Source: Acidobacteriota bacterium
GTDB taxonomy: Bacteria; Acidobacteriota; UBA890; WLXD01
Reading direction: 5' to 3'
NCBI GenBank assembly: GCA_963666215.2
Contig: CAXWPL010000003.1
Span: 64,001-128,000, forward strand
Length of the DNA stretch: 64,000 bases
The translations under genes and the position numbers were made by a program. A model generated the notes under the pieces. That model was not told the DNA's origin, made no database searches, and saw only the letters and a program-made list of their open reading frames with translations. Of this stretch, positions 61,213-64,000 are shown piece by piece (the first letter of the stretch is position 1; the number at the start of each line of letters is the position of its first letter).

Positions 61213-63975
61213 CTACTCCTCTCGCAGCGCAGCGAGCGGCGGTTGTCGGCCCATCCGGTAGGCGGGATACAGACCGGCGAGCAAAGCCGCTCCGATCGAC
61301 AGCAGCAGAGCCTGCCAGAGCGCCTCTGGCGGTACCTGCATCTGCATCGTCCAGCCAAACGACCGCCGATTGATGACATGAATCATCAAGCTCGCCAGAA
61401 CCAGTCCCAGAGGCAGCGCCAACAACCCCGCGTACAACCCCATGAGCGTGGTCTGCAAACTGGCCATGCCCCAAACCTGCCCGGGCGTCAAACCGATCGC
61501 GCGCAGCACACCCAGCTCGCGCCTGCGCTCGAGCTGGATCGCCATCAATGCGCTCAGCACGCCAACGAAGGCAACCAGGGTCACCAGCATGCGCAGTACG
61601 CTGGTGATCAGAAACGTGCGATCGAAGACCTCGAGCGAAGCCTCTCGCAGCGCACGGTTGGATTGCACGTTGACGGCCTGGCGGGTGTTGAACAGATCGC
61701 GCACTAGCCCTCCAAGCACCTCGAGATCGACATCAGGCAAGGCGGTCACCGAGATCCCCGAGATTCCGCGATCGCTCCAGTGCTGCTCGTAGCTCGTGCG
61801 CAACATCATGACGAGGCCCCGGTCGGTGGCAAAGCTCGTATACACCCCGGCCACCACGAAATCACGTTCACCAGCCTCGGTGAGCAAGCCGAGCACGGAG
61901 CCGGGCGCCAGGCGATGCCTGAAAGCGTAGGGCTCGCTGATCATCACGCCACCGTTGAGCAATCCGGCCCAGGCGGCGTTGCGGGAGCCCTCGACGAGCC
62001 TATAGGCGTCGAAGTCCGCGCGGCTCAGGTCGAACGTCATGAGCAGCGTCGGCCCACCAGGCCCCTCGACCTCGGCTCGGCGCACGGTCAGTGTGGAGAC
62101 AACGCCGGGAAGCTGCTCCAGCTGAGCGCGGAAGTCGGCGTCGAGCTGCAGATCGGCGCCGGCGGGGCCGCTTGCCGCGGGTGCCACATAGAAGTCGGCG
62201 CTCAGCGTGTGAGTCATCCATTCCTGCAGCGTCAGGCGGAAGCTCGAGACCATCACGCGGACCCCGATGATCACCGATACCGCCACCATCAGCGCCGCTA
62301 TCGCCATGCTCGTGCGACTGAGGCTGGCCGCGACGCCACGAATCGCCATCCTCGACACCGCTCCCGCTCCAGAGGCTCCCCACGGCAGCTGACGGCTGAC
62401 GAGAGTAGCAGCTTGTACGGCTATCGGGGCGAGAAGCGCTGCGCCTACAACAAGCGCGAACATCCCAGCAAATGCCAGCAACAAATCGGTCCCGCCACGG
62501 GGCTGCATGGGGTCAGCTGGCGTGACCCGCCAGGTCAACAACAACACCGCCAGTGCCAGCGCTACGATTCCGGCAACCGCGACGCGCGGCGCCCATCGCC
62601 GCGCCCGAGCCTCGATATGCGAGCGCATCTGGGCGCTTCGCGGCGACGTTGTGCTCGCCTCCCAGGCGGGCGCCGCCGCCGCGACGGCGCTGGCCAGCAG
62701 GCCGAGAGCGGCACCTTTTGCGAGCGTTTCCCCGGGTATCGCCAGGCTTCTCACCGAGGTCACGAAGTACAAATCGTTGACGGTCTGTGTGACCAACCCC
62801 ACCAGCCCGCGACCGAGAATGATGCCACCAGCCAATCCCAGAACCGTGCCGAGCGCGCCGACCGCCAGGGCTTCGGTCAAGACCAACCCGAATAGCTGCC
62901 GTCCGGTTACACCAAGGGTGCGCGAAATACCCAGAACCTCGCGTCGCTTGAGCACCGAAAAGGTCATGGTGTTGAAGATGAGGAACATCCCGCACAGCAA
63001 CGCCAGCAGGCTCATCGCGGCTAGATTCAGGCGAAATGCCCGTGTCATCTCGATTGTCGCGTCGGCGCGTGCTTGCGCCTCCACGAGCCGAACCGACGAC
63101 GGCAACGACGCCCTCAAATCACGGAGCCCATGGGCGCGTGGAGGGCGCTGACTGTCATCCGGCGATTCTGAAACGGCGATGACGTCGATGCGTGTGAGCC
63201 GCCCTGGCTGGCCCAGCAACTCCTGCGCCGTGGCGATGTCGGCAATAAGGAGGTCGGAAAGCCCCTGCCGACTGAGCTCATCGGCCGGCTCGATGAGGCC
63301 CACGATCTCGACCTGCTCATTTGTTCCGCCGGACGTCACCTTCAGGTCGATTCGTTCACCTTTGGCAATACCAAGCTCAGCGGCGAGCGCGCTGGAGACC
63401 ATCGCGGTACCCGGCCGAACCAGCAAAGGCGCGATATCGAAGGAGGGACCACCGACCCTTGCGACGGCGCTTTCTGGTCTGCCGGTTCCACCTTGACCGT
63501 CGACCCCGTCGGACGCGCCCACACCGCCGGTCGAAGCTATCGACCCGGAGCTCGGTGCGGTCAGCCCGGCGCGCGGCGACGCCAAGTAGCTGCGAAAGCC
63601 ACCTTCCGCGAAGAAATCGACGCCGATCAACCGTAGCGCTCGCCGACGCCCGCGGCGCGGCGAGTCGGAAGCGGTGGCCTCTGCCAGAGCCACATAACCA
63701 TCGACGATGGGAGCCAAACCGCGAAACCCGGCACTCCTCAATCGCACATACAGCGCCTCGGGCACGCCAGCGCTACCGCCGACGATCTGGTGGGTAACGC
63801 GACCCGTCACCGCGCGAGTCGAAAGCTCGAAACCACGCCGCGCACTGGCACCGGCCAGATCCACCGAAACAACGACTGCCACGCCAAGAGCCACACCCAG
63901 CACGGCGAGAACGAGCTGCGAAGGCTGGCGTGTTGCATGACGCCTGCCGGCCAGTCGCATCAGGCGCAGGCTCAA
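61213..63975 (-). CDS. ABC transporter permease with two FtsX/MacB-like modules (AttF/G-like)
   Basis: LAVLGVALGVAVVV, FLIFNTMTFSVLKRR, RRELGVLRAIG and VINRRSFGWT. Start TTG 63975 or ATG 63960. Confidence 0.88.
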   Translation of the reverse strand: MSLRLMRLAGRRHATRQPSQLVLAVLGVALGVAVVVSVDLAGASARRGFELSTRAVTGRVTHQIVGGSAGVPEALYVRLRSAGFRGLAPIVDGYVALAEATASDSPRRGRRRALRLIGVDFFAEGGFRSYLASPRAGLTAPSSGSIASTGGVGASDGVDGQGGTGRPESAVARVGGPSFDIAPLLVRPGTAMVSSALAAELGIAKGERIDLKVTSGGTNEQVEIVGLIEPADELSRQGLSDLLIADIATAQELLGQPGRLTRIDVIAVSESPDDSQRPPRAHGLRDLRASLPSSVRLVEAQARADATIEMTRAFRLNLAAMSLLALLCGMFLIFNTMTFSVLKRREVLGISRTLGVTGRQLFGLVLTEALAVGALGTVLGLAGGIILGRGLVGLVTQTVNDLYFVTSVRSLAIPGETLAKGAALGLLASAVAAAAPAWEASTTSPRSAQMRSHIEARARRWAPRVAVAGIVALALAVLLLTWRVTPADPMQPRGGTDLLLAFAGMFALVVGAALLAPIAVQAATLVSRQLPWGASGAGAVSRMAIRGVAASLSRTSMAIAALMVAVSVIIGVRVMVSSFRLTLQEWMTHTLSADFYVAPAASGPAGADLQLDADFRAQLEQLPGVVSTLTVRRAEVEGPGGPTLLMTFDLSRADFDAYRLVEGSRNAAWAGLLNGGVMISEPYAFRHRLAPGSVLGLLTEAGERDFVVAGVYTSFATDRGLVMMLRTSYEQHWSDRGISGISVTALPDVDLEVLGGLVRDLFNTRQAVNVQSNRALREASLEVFDRTFLITSVLRMLVTLVAFVGVLSALMAIQLERRRELGVLRAIGLTPGQVWGMASLQTTLMGLYAGLLALPLGLVLASLMIHVINRRSFGWTMQMQVPPEALWQALLLSIGAALLAGLYPAYRMGRQPPLAALREE

Positions 63976-64000
63976 CTGCAGGTGCTCGTTGGTTTTGCCG

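Overview
A gene-dense bacterial window of high GC content with about 48 coding loci. I found no rRNA, tRNA, CRISPR array or mobile element. The gene content (TonB receptor with a carboxypeptidase-regulatory N-domain, BNR/VPS10 propeller, ECF sigma/anti-sigma/secreted triad) suggests a diderm such as Acidobacteriota; this is inference only. From start to end it holds: a TPR + DUF4331 pair divergent from an ECF sigma/anti-sigma/secreted protein/TonB receptor/HzsA-like haem protein run; two tandem lipocalin/FABP-like paralogues; a leucine-catabolism (liu) cluster with a split MCC alpha subunit and a TetR whose palindromic operator sits inside two superimposed divergent promoters; an amidohydrolase, a HerA/DUF853-like ATPase and a PP2C phosphatase; a full-length Lhr helicase; acyl-CoA genes; a TRAP transporter; a spermidine-dehydrogenase-like flavoprotein with a YjiH transporter; a decayed GGDEF-EAL gene; a carbamoyltransferase with a GT-C glycosyltransferase; and an AttH-like protein with an ABC permease. 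The most striking global feature is the density of lesions: about 9 apparent frameshifts, 2 premature stops, 2 probable in-frame internal deletions and 3 orphan gene fragments. These reflect either ongoing genome decay or an error-prone or chimeric assembly, which the sequence alone cannot distinguish. All family calls come from recognising motifs by eye; no database searches were run.
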